NCBI GenBank assembly: GCA_025356815.1
Contig: JANXQL010000028.1
Coordinates: forward strand, 10,930-74,929
DNA length: 64,000 nt
From: Pseudomonadota bacterium
GTDB taxonomy: Bacteria; Pseudomonadota; Gammaproteobacteria; Steroidobacterales; Steroidobacteraceae
Reading direction: 5' to 3'
Shown here: in pieces, positions 56,505 through 64,000 of the stretch
Layout of the letters: each line of letters opens with the position of its first letter
How positions within the stretch are numbered: the first letter of the stretch is position 1
Program-made: the position numbers and the translations under genes
Notes under the pieces: generated by a model
Seen by the model: the letters and a program-made list of their open reading frames with translations, nothing else
Databases searched by the model: none
Told to the model about the DNA's origin: nothing

Positions 56505-56918
56505 TCAGCCTAGCAACCGGTCACCGCCGCCGCGCCAGGGGGCTGCGATCGCAGCCCCCAGCGCGATGCCCAGCCACGGCAGCAGCAGGAAGCTGTCGGC
56601 GCCGAAGGCCGATCGCATCCACGGCAGGGCGAGACTCAGGCTGGCGGCGGCGATCACGGTGCCGCCCCCCAGCGCGATGACCGCGGTCAGCGCGATTCGC
56701 CGCCGCCCGGCCGCGAGGCGCGCATGCAGCGCCCGCCATTCCTGCTCGAGGGCGCTGCGCCGCCGTGCCGGATCGAGGCCGGCGCCTCGCGCGATGGCCG
56801 CGCGCACGTGCGCCGCGAATCCCTCCGGCAGGGCGGGCGGGGCAAGCACGCGCGACAGCACCCCGTCCAGCGGGTCAGCGTTCCCGTCTGCGCGGCTCAG
56901 GCGGCTGGGGTCATCCAT
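56505..56918 (-). CDS. Putative anti-sigma factor (single-pass membrane protein)
   Basis: 137 aa. Overlaps the 3' end of the ECF sigma gene by 22 nt. TM segments near the C-terminus. No zinc-binding HxxxCxxC motif. Confidence 0.5.
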   Translation of the reverse strand: MDDPSRLSRADGNADPLDGVLSRVLAPPALPEGFAAHVRAAIARGAGLDPARRRSALEQEWRALHARLAAGRRRIALTAVIALGGGTVIAAASLSLALPWMRSAFGADSFLLLPWLGIALGAAIAAPWRGGGDRLLG

Positions 56919-57538
56919 AGCGATGCGTCTCCGAGTCCGAGTTGCTGCATTCGCTGCAGCAGCAGCGCCCGTCCACGCGACAGGTGCGACTTGATGGTGT
57001 TCTGCGGCAGCCCGAGCTGCAGCGCGACGTCCGCGACCGACCGCTCCTCGTAGTAGAACAGCGTCAGCGCGACCCGATACGGCGAGGGCAGCCCATCGAC
57101 GAGCGGGCGCAGCGTGTTCTCGTCGAGCGGGTCCGCATCCGTCGCCGCCGCCCGGTCCGCCGCGATCGCGACTGTCTCGTCGGACAGCGACTCGGTCGGA
57201 CGGCGCCGGCGCAGCGCCGTCAGCGCGCAGTTGCGGGCGATGGCGTAGATCCATGTCGACAGCGCCGCGCGCCCGTCGAAGCTGTCGAGCGCGCGCCAGA
57301 TCCGCACGAACGTCTCCTGCGCGGCATCCTCGGCGAGCGCCGCGTCGCGCAGAAACGCGTGACAGAGCCGGAAGATCCGTCGGCCGTAACGCGCGACGAT
57401 CAGGTCGAACGCCGCCGCCTGGCCGCCGTCGCGCATCAGCGCGGCGACGTCCGCATCCGCGGCACCGTCGGGAGTCGTCGGGTCGTCTGCCAAGGCCGGT
57501 TCCTTCCTCGTTCCCGACATTACCTCGCGGCTCGCCAT
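56897..57538 (-). CDS. ECF (sigma-70 group IV) RNA polymerase sigma factor
   Basis: Region 2 IFRLCHAFLRDAALAEDAAQETFVRIWRAL...WIYAIARN. Region 4 YRVALTLFYYEERSVADVALQLGLPQNTIKSHLSRGRALL. Alternative starts at 57520 and 57577. Confidence 0.85.
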   Translation of the reverse strand: MASREVMSGTRKEPALADDPTTPDGAADADVAALMRDGGQAAAFDLIVARYGRRIFRLCHAFLRDAALAEDAAQETFVRIWRALDSFDGRAALSTWIYAIARNCALTALRRRRPTESLSDETVAIAADRAAATDADPLDENTLRPLVDGLPSPYRVALTLFYYEERSVADVALQLGLPQNTIKSHLSRGRALLLQRMQQLGLGDASLWMTPAA

Positions 57539-57635
57539 CCGGTTGCGCCACGCCGAAAATATTCCGGCGAGCTGCAACCGGACGGGCGCCAGCCGCGTAC
57601 TGTCAGGCAGCGAACCTCACCTAAAGGACACTCTC

Positions 57636-58022
57636 GTGGACCCAGCAGTCGTCGGCGTATTCATTCCCGTGATCGCGATCGTGATGGGCATCGGCATCGC
57701 GATGCTCAACTTGCTGCTCGACTATCGCAAGAAGGTCGCGATCTTCGAATTGCACCACAAGGAGCGGATGGCCGCGATCGAGAAGGGGCTGGAAGTGCCG
57801 CCGCTGCCCGCGGACCTGCTGCGCAGCAATCGCACCGCCAGCGGTCCGGGCGACTACCTGCGGCGCGGCCTGATCCTGCTGTTTGTCGGCGCAGGAGTGA
57901 CCGGCGCGATGATGATCGAGGGCCACGCAGGTGCGTACTACGGCATGATCCCGGCGGCGATCGGCGTGGCCTACCTGCTGTACTACTTCCTGCACGCGCG
58001 CACGGTCGGCGTCGACGCCTAA
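57636..58022 (+). CDS. Small membrane protein (DUF6249-like), divergent from the ECF sigma gene
   Basis: GTG start after AAAGGA. VDPAVVGVFIPVIAIVMGIGIAMLNLLLDYRKK...; 2-3 TM segments. Confidence 0.55.
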   Translation: MDPAVVGVFIPVIAIVMGIGIAMLNLLLDYRKKVAIFELHHKERMAAIEKGLEVPPLPADLLRSNRTASGPGDYLRRGLILLFVGAGVTGAMMIEGHAGAYYGMIPAAIGVAYLLYYFLHARTVGVDA

Positions 58023-58414
58023 ACGCGGGCGTCCGCGCCTGGACGCGGGAAGACGCGGGCTCCGAGTAGCGGGTAGTCCACCTCTATCTTGGCGCCGGCC
58101 CAAAGCTTGGGACCCGGAGTCCATCGATCTGGGAACTTCAACAGCCGCGGACGATAGTTATGCAAGATGCCGCGCAATCTGTTGATGGCCAGTGAGGTCG
58201 AAGGACCGATGGCAGGATGGATGGATTCCACTTCCGTAATGAATCATCGGTCGTTGGGCACCACAGCCCGCCTGCGCCGGGCGGAGCCTCGCGCGGGGTC
58301 TGAGGCGCCGGGGCGGGGCCCGATGGCGGTCGCCGGGGTATCCGATGGCCGGCAGCGTCCACGGGGGCGACGTCTGCAAACCGCCTGCAATTTGCGGTCC
58401 TGGTGTAAATATGC

Positions 58415-58433
58415 CATATGCATATAGCATATG
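58415..58433. promoter_or_regulatory. Cluster of CATATG/ATATGCATAT palindromes overlapping the start codon of the wHTH gene
   Basis: CATATGCATATAGCATATG read directly. It contains two CATATG sites and the 10-bp palindrome ATATGCATAT (58416-58425). The only AT-rich patch in this intergenic region. Confidence 0.4.
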
Positions 58434-59003
58434 AGCCGCTTACCCAAATCCGCCCTGTCCGTCGCCATGCAACGCGCGCAGCACCGCCAGTGGGTCCTGA
58501 AGCCGCAGGATCTCGTCGTCGCCCTCAAGCTTTACCTGCTCGGTGCGGATTCCTGGTCGTACGCTTCGCTCGCAGGCTCTATGCACCTGTCGGGCTTCGA
58601 AGCGCATGCGGCCGTGCAGCGACTCCTGGCCGCGCGACTTGCGGTCGAGGTCGACGGCCGGATCCGGCCCGTCATCGCATCGGTGCGGACGTTCCTCGTC
58701 AGCGGCGCGCCGTACGCGTATCCACCGGTGCGAGGCGAGTTGACGATTGGCGTGCCGACCGCGCACGCCGTCCCGCCTTTGTTGGGCAGTAGTGCGGTCG
58801 TCGATAATCTTCCACCAGTCTGGCCGGACCCCGACGGTAGCGTGCGTGGCCAGGCGCTGCTGCCGCTCTATCCCGGTGCGCCACGCGCGGCACTCGAGGA
58901 CCCGAAGTTGTATGAGCTGCTCGCGCTGTTCGATGCATTGCGCAGCGGCCAGGCGCGCGAACGCGATCTCGCGGGCCGTCTCCTCAAGGAGCGGCTCGCA
59001 TGA
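58431..59003 (+). CDS. Hypothetical winged-helix protein, antitoxin-like partner of the downstream NTase
   Basis: 190 aa. WSYASLAGSMHLSGFEAHAAVQRLLAARLA looks like a wHTH. The stop overlaps the next start (ATGA), and the AAGGAG Shine-Dalgarno for the next gene lies inside its 3' end. Confidence 0.55.
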   Translation: MSRLPKSALSVAMQRAQHRQWVLKPQDLVVALKLYLLGADSWSYASLAGSMHLSGFEAHAAVQRLLAARLAVEVDGRIRPVIASVRTFLVSGAPYAYPPVRGELTIGVPTAHAVPPLLGSSAVVDNLPPVWPDPDGSVRGQALLPLYPGAPRAALEDPKLYELLALFDALRSGQARERDLAGRLLKERLA

Positions 59004-59710
59004 ACGCACGCGATCCGGGCCTGGAGGCGAATGTTGCGCTGCTGCGCGATGTCGTCCTGCAGCTCGGCACACTCGCGGAGTCCCTCGTCTTCGTCGGTGG
59101 CTGTGCGACCGGCCTGCTCGTCACGGCCGCGCGTGCCCAGGTGGTGCGCGTGACGGTCGACGTCGATGCTGTCGCCCGGATCGAGACGATCGGCGACTAC
59201 CACGCGATCGAGCGCCGGCTCGAACGACAGGGGTTCGTTCGCGACCGCTCGCCGGACGCACCGATCTGCCGCTGAATCGCCGGCCGGCTGCGCCTCGATG
59301 TAATGCCGTCGGATCCGCGCGTGCTGGGCGTCAGCAACCGCTGGTATCCGCTGGCGATCGAGACCGCACAGGCATATCCATTGCCTGGTGCGTGCTCGAT
59401 CCGACTTGTCACGGCGCCGGTATTCGTTGCGACCAAGCTCGAGGCGTTCCGCGATCGTGGACAAGGTGACTTCGTCGCCAGCCATGACCTTGAAGACATC
59501 GTCACGGTGATCGATGGTCGCGCGGAACCGGTCGGAGAGGTCGCAGCTGAGCCGGAACCGCTGCGGGTCTACCTGCGTGATGTGCTTTGGCCGCTGGTCT
59601 CGGACGAGCGGTTCCTGACCGCGCTTGCGGGGCATTTGCCGGGCGACAGTGCGAGCCAGGGCCGGCTGCGTGCATTGATTGAACGGTTCCGCCAACTTGC
59701 CCACGGCTGA
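59000..59710 (+). pseudogene. Nucleotidyltransferase-fold protein (AbiEii/DUF1814-like), a single frame interrupted by an in-frame TGA at 59273-59275
   Basis: Track ORFs 59000..59275 and 59303..59710 are in the same frame: ...DAPICR-TGA-IAGRLRLDVMPSDPRVLG.... NTase motifs FVGGCATGLL...RVTVDVDAV, then VATKLEAFRDRG and SHDLEDIV. Confidence 0.6.
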
Positions 59711-59840
59711 TAACAGACCGGAACGAGCCGGCTCCCAATGGCACGCCAGACCTTCCGGATTGGCGCGTGTTCGAAATGAAAATCGTTGTTCCCGAATCGT
59801 TGGACTGGCGGCGGCTGGGCATCATGGCGGGCGATGATGT

Positions 59841-60038
59841 CTAGCCGCGAGGCAGTTCGCGCCCGGCGCCGTCGGCCAGGCCCTGTGCGTCCGGCGCCGG
59901 CAGGGTCACGGTGCAGCGCCAGGCCCACAGCGGGTACATGCTGCGGTAGACCGAACTTGGCGTCGTGCTGACCGGAAGCGGAGCCGCGGCGCGCGCGCGC
60001 AGCCAGCCGAGCATCCATGTCGGAAGTCTGGCGGTCAT
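59841..60038 (-). CDS. Small Trp-rich hypothetical protein (65 aa)
   Basis: ATG preceded by AAAGGAG with a 7-nt spacer. By hand count about 55 of 65 codons end in G/C, like the host genes. No recognised family. Confidence 0.45.
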   Translation of the reverse strand: MTARLPTWMLGWLRARAAAPLPVSTTPSSVYRSMYPLWAWRCTVTLPAPDAQGLADGAGRELPRG

Positions 60039-60160
60039 CGGGGAGCTCCTTTACAGGCAGCGCAGCGTGGCCGCCCACTGCCCCTCTGACAAAGGAATCC
60101 GCCGGCGCCGACGGATGAGCGGCTTTCCTGCATGCCAGGCCTTCCTTCGCCGCAGGACTG

Positions 60161-61705
60161 TCACCACGGCGTGGGCTTGTAGTCCTTCAGGAACTGGCCC
60201 CACACATGGGTGCCGGTCAGTTGCCCTGAAAAGATCGGGTCCACGATGCGCGCCGCGCCGTCGATGATGTCCAGCGGCGGCGAGAACCCCGCCTCGGCCT
60301 TGCGCGCCGCGTGCACGAGCGGATCCTCGTCCGTCACCCAGCCGGTGTCGACGGCATTCATGTGGATGCCGTCGCGGACGTAGTCCGGGGCGCTGGTGCG
60401 CGTCATCATGTTGAGCGCGGCCTTGGCCATGTTCGTGTGCGGGTGCTTGTCAGTCTTGGTGGTGCGGTAGAACTGGCCCTCCATCGCGCTGACGTTGACC
60501 ACGTGCTTGTGCCGGCCCGGCGTGCGCAGCAGCAGCGGCTTGAGCCGCGCGTTGAGGATGTACGGTGCGATCGCGTTCACCAGCTGCACCTCTAGCAGTT
60601 CCGGCGTCTCCACCTCGTGCATGCGCAGGCGCCAGCTGTTGATCTGGCGCAGGTCCGCCTGCTGGCGGTCCTCGTCATAGACCTCGGCCGGGAACAGCGC
60701 CTCGCCGGCCAGATAGTCCTCGTCCAGGTAGCGACGCTGCGACAGCGCCGCGCTGTGCAGCAGTCCCTCACCGCGTCCGCCGCCGTGCGTGGCGGCGCTG
60801 ATCAGGGCCCCGCTGTCGCGCGCCTGCGACGCCTCGAGCGCCCGATGCAGTTGCGCGTGGCTTGCCAGCGGAGCCTGCAGGGCCGGCGGCAGCGACGCCA
60901 CCGGTTGCGCCTCGCCCGCGAGCAGGTGCTGGAAGAAGCCCGCCGGTCGTCGCACGGTCTGGCAGGCATTGTTGAGGATGTAGTCCAGTCGCGGCAGTCG
61001 CTCGAGCAGGAAGCGCGCGAACAGCTCGACACTCGGCGTGTGGCGCATGTCGAGGCCGTGGATCTGCAGGCGCTCCGTGAACGAGCCGTAGTCCGCCTCG
61101 CGCGCATAGCGGTCGGCGGCGTCGTTGGGAAAGCGCGTGGTCACGACGACGTGGGCGCCTGCGCGCAGCAGCTTCAGCGATGCCTGGAAGCCGATCTTCA
61201 CCCGCGCGCCGGTCACCAGGGCGTAGTGGCCGTGCAGGTCAGCCGTCTGCGCTCGCTTGGCGTAGTTGAAGTCGCCGCACTCGGCGCACATCGAATCGTA
61301 GTAGCGGTGCACCCGGGTGAACGGCTGCTTGCAGACGTAGCAGGCGCGCTCCTGCTCCAGCGCCGGCCGGTCCGCACCACCCGCGGCTTCCGGCGGGGCG
61401 AGCCACAGCGGCGAGTACTCGGCGGCGCGCCGCTGGACGCGCAGCCCGGCTTGCTCGATCGCGTTGCGGTCGCGCGCCTTGGCTGCCTCGCGCTCCGCCC
61501 GGCGAAAGGCCTTGGCCATCTTCACCAGGTCGTGGCGATCGGGTTTGGCGACGAGTCCGGCGAGCGTCAGAAATTCGCGCCGCTGCTCCTGCGACAGGCG
61601 GGTGAGCCGTGAACGGTCGGCCTCGATCGCGCGAAGTACGCGCACGCAGGTGCGCAGGTCGTCGTCGGACAGGGGCGCATCGTCGGCGGGCGGCTCGGGC
61701 ATCAT
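60161..61705 (-). CDS. SDR-family oxidoreductase with a long N-terminal extension containing a CxxC...CxxC zinc-ribbon-like motif
   Basis: YALVTGARVKIGFQASLKLL (TGxxxxxG). NNACQ. N-terminus carries CYVCKQPFTRVHRYYDSMCAECGDFNYAKR. Confidence 0.8.
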   Translation of the reverse strand: MMPEPPADDAPLSDDDLRTCVRVLRAIEADRSRLTRLSQEQRREFLTLAGLVAKPDRHDLVKMAKAFRRAEREAAKARDRNAIEQAGLRVQRRAAEYSPLWLAPPEAAGGADRPALEQERACYVCKQPFTRVHRYYDSMCAECGDFNYAKRAQTADLHGHYALVTGARVKIGFQASLKLLRAGAHVVVTTRFPNDAADRYAREADYGSFTERLQIHGLDMRHTPSVELFARFLLERLPRLDYILNNACQTVRRPAGFFQHLLAGEAQPVASLPPALQAPLASHAQLHRALEASQARDSGALISAATHGGGRGEGLLHSAALSQRRYLDEDYLAGEALFPAEVYDEDRQQADLRQINSWRLRMHEVETPELLEVQLVNAIAPYILNARLKPLLLRTPGRHKHVVNVSAMEGQFYRTTKTDKHPHTNMAKAALNMMTRTSAPDYVRDGIHMNAVDTGWVTDEDPLVHAARKAEAGFSPPLDIIDGAARIVDPIFSGQLTGTHVWGQFLKDYKPTPW

Positions 61706-61733
61706 TCCCGCATTGTATGCGGCTGCCCGCCAC

Positions 61734-62969
61734 TCAGACGACGGTCGAGCGACGCAGCATCCGTTCCGGCCGGTACGGCGCGAGGATCAGGTCGTGCCGC
61801 TGGGCCAGGATCTCCTCGCTCACCAGCTTGCCCATGATCGGCGCGAGCGTGACGCCGCTGTGGGTGGCGACGACGTGTGCGTTCGCGCTCGACGGCAGCG
61901 CGCCGACGATCGGCAGCCCGTCGGTCGGCAGCACGCGAAATCCGAGCGTGAGCCGCGCCAGTGCCACCCCGCGCGCGGCGGGCATCACCTGCGCGAGCCT
62001 GGCCAGGATGCGCTCGCCGTGCTGGCGTCGCAGCGCTTCGTCCGGGAAGTCCACCGGCTGCTCGCGGATCAGCGCGTGCTGCGGCAGGTTCGGCACCTGC
62101 TCGGAGTCCGTGCCGACGATGGAGCCGTCCGCCATCTGCTTGAACTCGAGCCCTGCCGGCCCGTCGTACACCATGCGCGTCACCACCGGGCCCGGCACGC
62201 TGTGCGCGAGGATCCCAGGTGCGTGTGCAAGGGTCAGCTCTTCGCCGAGCATGCGCAGCAGGCGCGGGGTATCGACGCCGGCCGCGATCACGAGATGGTC
62301 GACCGGCGTCACGCCCTCGCGCGTGACGACAGCGGTGACCCGGCCTGCGCGCGTCGCGACGTCGGTCACCTCGCAGGGATACTTCAACTGCGCGCCATGG
62401 CGCTGCGCCGCGGCGAGGAAGCACCCGGTGACCCGCACCGGGTCGAGATGCCCGTCGAGTCCCGAGTAGAACGCGGCGGCGAACGGTCCCGGCTCGATCG
62501 CCGGACTCAACTGGCGGAACTGGGCCGCGTCCAGCGAGCGGACCGCGAAGCGCGTCCCCTCGAGCGCGGCGGCGAGGTCGCGCACGTCCCGCGCCTCGGC
62601 AGCGGATGCACCCCAGTCGATGTAGCCGCCCCAGACCATGCCCAGGCCAAGCTCACGATCGAGCCGGCCGTAGAGGGCGATGCTGCGCAGGCGCAGCTGC
62701 TGGTAGTGCAGGTCCAGCGTCCACGGGTCGACCCAGGCGAAGGAATTGCGCGTGGCGCCGGCGGCAGGCGCGGTCCGTTCGAACAGCGTGACCAAGGCGC
62801 CGGCGCGCGCCAGGTGCATGCCGATCGAGGCGCCGACGATGCCGGCGCCGATCACGCCCACGTGCGGCCGACGGCTGCCCCGCGGTGCCGCTGTCACGGC
62901 AAGAGGCATGCCCGACATGCCTAGCGCGAGCCCCGAAAGACCCTGTATGACCCTGCGACGGTTCATCAA
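61734..62969 (-). CDS. FAD-dependent oxidoreductase (DAO family), Tat-exported
   Basis: MMNRRRVIQGLSGLALGMSG twin-arginine signal. VGVIGAGIVGASIGMHLARAG dinucleotide-binding motif. Confidence 0.8.
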   Translation of the reverse strand: MMNRRRVIQGLSGLALGMSGMPLAVTAAPRGSRRPHVGVIGAGIVGASIGMHLARAGALVTLFERTAPAAGATRNSFAWVDPWTLDLHYQQLRLRSIALYGRLDRELGLGMVWGGYIDWGASAAEARDVRDLAAALEGTRFAVRSLDAAQFRQLSPAIEPGPFAAAFYSGLDGHLDPVRVTGCFLAAAQRHGAQLKYPCEVTDVATRAGRVTAVVTREGVTPVDHLVIAAGVDTPRLLRMLGEELTLAHAPGILAHSVPGPVVTRMVYDGPAGLEFKQMADGSIVGTDSEQVPNLPQHALIREQPVDFPDEALRRQHGERILARLAQVMPAARGVALARLTLGFRVLPTDGLPIVGALPSSANAHVVATHSGVTLAPIMGKLVSEEILAQRHDLILAPYRPERMLRRSTVV

Positions 62970-63018
62970 TCGCCCTGCGTGCCACCGGTTAACCCGACTC
63001 TAGCGCAGGCGCGGGCCG

Positions 63019-64000
63019 TCAGTGGAACAGATCCTTGAGCTTGTCCTTGAGAGACTCGCGCAGCTTGTCCTTCTGGTTTTCCAGCTCCTGCTTCACCCGT
63101 CCCTTGACGATGCCGGAGACATCCGGGCGGACCTTGTAGTCGTGCACCGTGCCGGTCACCGTGATCGGGACCTCGAGCGACTTCAGGCTGCCGAGCGAGG
63201 CGCCGCTGCCGCTGGCCGGGACCTGCCGCACCAGCGCCGCGATCTGGTAGTCGACCGCCTGGTCCGACAGGCGGAACGTCCCCTTGCCGGAAACCCGCAA
63301 CACGCTTGTCTCGATCTGCAACGGATCGGTGGCGAGCACGCCGTGCGCGAGCAGCGAGCGCGCGCTCAGTGCGGTGAACGCGGTCCGCTCGGGGCCGCTG
63401 CGCGTCGGCGGCGCCTCGCGCCGCAGCAGCGCCTGGGCGCGCTCGAGCTCGTAGGTGACATCCAGCCCCTCAAGTGCGCCGTTGCTGATGTCGAGGTTGA
63501 TGGGACCTTCGAGCGAGTCGATCAGCACCTTGTCGGTGGAGCCGCTGCCCGCCAGTTTCGACTGTGCGTTGGCGCGCCCGGACAGTCGGTCGGACTTCGC
63601 GTAGCCCTTGATCACGGCGCCGACGTCCACACCCGCGAGATCCGTCGCGACCTCGAGCGTTGCCGGCTCGTGTGACGCGTCCAGGCGCACGGCAAGTTTC
63701 ACGGTGCCGCCGAATGCATCGGCGCTGGGCATCAGCCGCAGATCTCCGTCGTGCAGAGTCATCGGAATTCGCAGATCTGTCAGCGCAAGCCCGGCGATGG
63801 TCGCGCGCTCGAACGTGACGCGCAACCGGGCGTCGACGCTTCGCAGCAGCCCGAACGGGATCGGTGTCGGGTCCCGTGCCGCGGCAGGCGCGGCACTCGC
63901 GGGTGCTGGCGCCCGGTAGCGGTCGAGATCGATGCTGTCGATGCGCAGTTCGGCGTCGAGCGCGGCCCTTACGCCGCCGTCGAGCGTCAACCGGCCACGC
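63019..64000 (-). CDS. AsmA-family protein, C-terminal part (N-terminus beyond the right window edge)
   Basis: The frame stays open to nt 64000; the track start at 63990 is an internal TTG. The C-terminal region ...VTVTGTVHDYKVRPDV...KDKLKDLFH is AsmA-like. Confidence 0.65.
   Translation of the reverse strand, partial: RGRLTLDGGVRAALDAELRIDSIDLDRYRAPAPASAAPAAARDPTPIPFGLLRSVDARLRVTFERATIAGLALTDLRIPMTLHDGDLRLMPSADAFGGTVKLAVRLDASHEPATLEVATDLAGVDVGAVIKGYAKSDRLSGRANAQSKLAGSGSTDKVLIDSLEGPINLDISNGALEGLDVTYELERAQALLRREAPPTRSGPERTAFTALSARSLLAHGVLATDPLQIETSVLRVSGKGTFRLSDQAVDYQIAALVRQVPASGSGASLGSLKSLEVPITVTGTVHDYKVRPDVSGIVKGRVKQELENQKDKLRESLKDKLKDLFH

Noticed and set aside
58019-58231. 70-aa GTG-initiated ORF, considered as an IS/integrase remnant because of ...LHNYRPRLLKFPDRWTP... 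(compare the YNxxRPHxxLxxxTP end of rve-domain transposases)
   Set aside because: The resemblance is a few residues only, with no inverted repeats or further transposase fragments. It is kept only as part of the compositional-islet observation.
59273-59275. Reading the in-frame TGA in the NTase gene (and the TGA at 2079-2081) as selenocysteine or programmed recoding
   Set aside because: I saw no obvious SECIS-like hairpin immediately downstream, and the expected residue is Trp, not Cys. The third interrupted gene uses TAG. Simple nonsense mutation or sequencing error is more parsimonious.
1-64000. Search for tRNA/rRNA genes, CRISPR arrays, integrases, IS elements and prophage genes
   Set aside because: I noticed no T-loop-like GGTTCGAATCC-type sequences outside coding frames, no regularly spaced direct repeats, and no recombinase or transposase-like ORFs. 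This was a by-eye scan, so small ncRNAs could have been missed.

Overview
GC-rich chromosomal segment with a strong G/C third-position bias. Gene content looks proteobacterial; I cannot assign a taxon without a search. About 60 protein genes are densely packed on both strands. By eye I found no rRNA, tRNA, CRISPR array, intact IS or integrase. All calls come from reading the ORF track and the sequence and from remembered family motifs; nothing was searched. Main content, left to right: (1) A minus-strand arsR-arsC-acr3 operon at the left edge; acr3 carries an in-frame amber codon. (2) A tightly spaced plus-strand block at 2695-12094. It encodes two tandem decahaem lipoproteins of the OmcA/MtrC type, a periplasmic MtrA/DmsE-type decahaem cytochrome, an MtrB/PioB-type outer-membrane barrel and a MenA-like prenyltransferase. 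This is a complete porin-cytochrome extracellular electron-transfer conduit and the most notable system in the window. (3) A long run of ordinary genes: serine hydrolase, oligopeptidase B, GST, a molybdopterin/2Fe-2S oxidoreductase pair, a TonB_C protein with a receiver-like N-terminus, quinone oxidoreductase, a DAK2-DegV fusion, a GspA/GspB pair, dinB, a CDF transporter, 3-hydroxybutyrate-oligomer hydrolase, an amidase with a small AtzG-like partner, pgl, oxyR and sodC. (4) A tetR-OMF-MFP-RND efflux operon with tandem palindromic operators. (5) An ECF sigma/anti-sigma pair. (6) A small, compositionally atypical islet at about 58.0-60.2 kb. It holds a translationally coupled wHTH protein plus a nucleotidyltransferase-fold protein, an AbiE-like toxin-antitoxin layout, and the NTase frame contains one in-frame TGA. 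Three independent in-frame stop codons (acr3, a SnoaL-like gene, the NTase) fall where family conservation predicts Trp. Many of the longest ORFs in the track are antisense shadow ORFs and were rejected.
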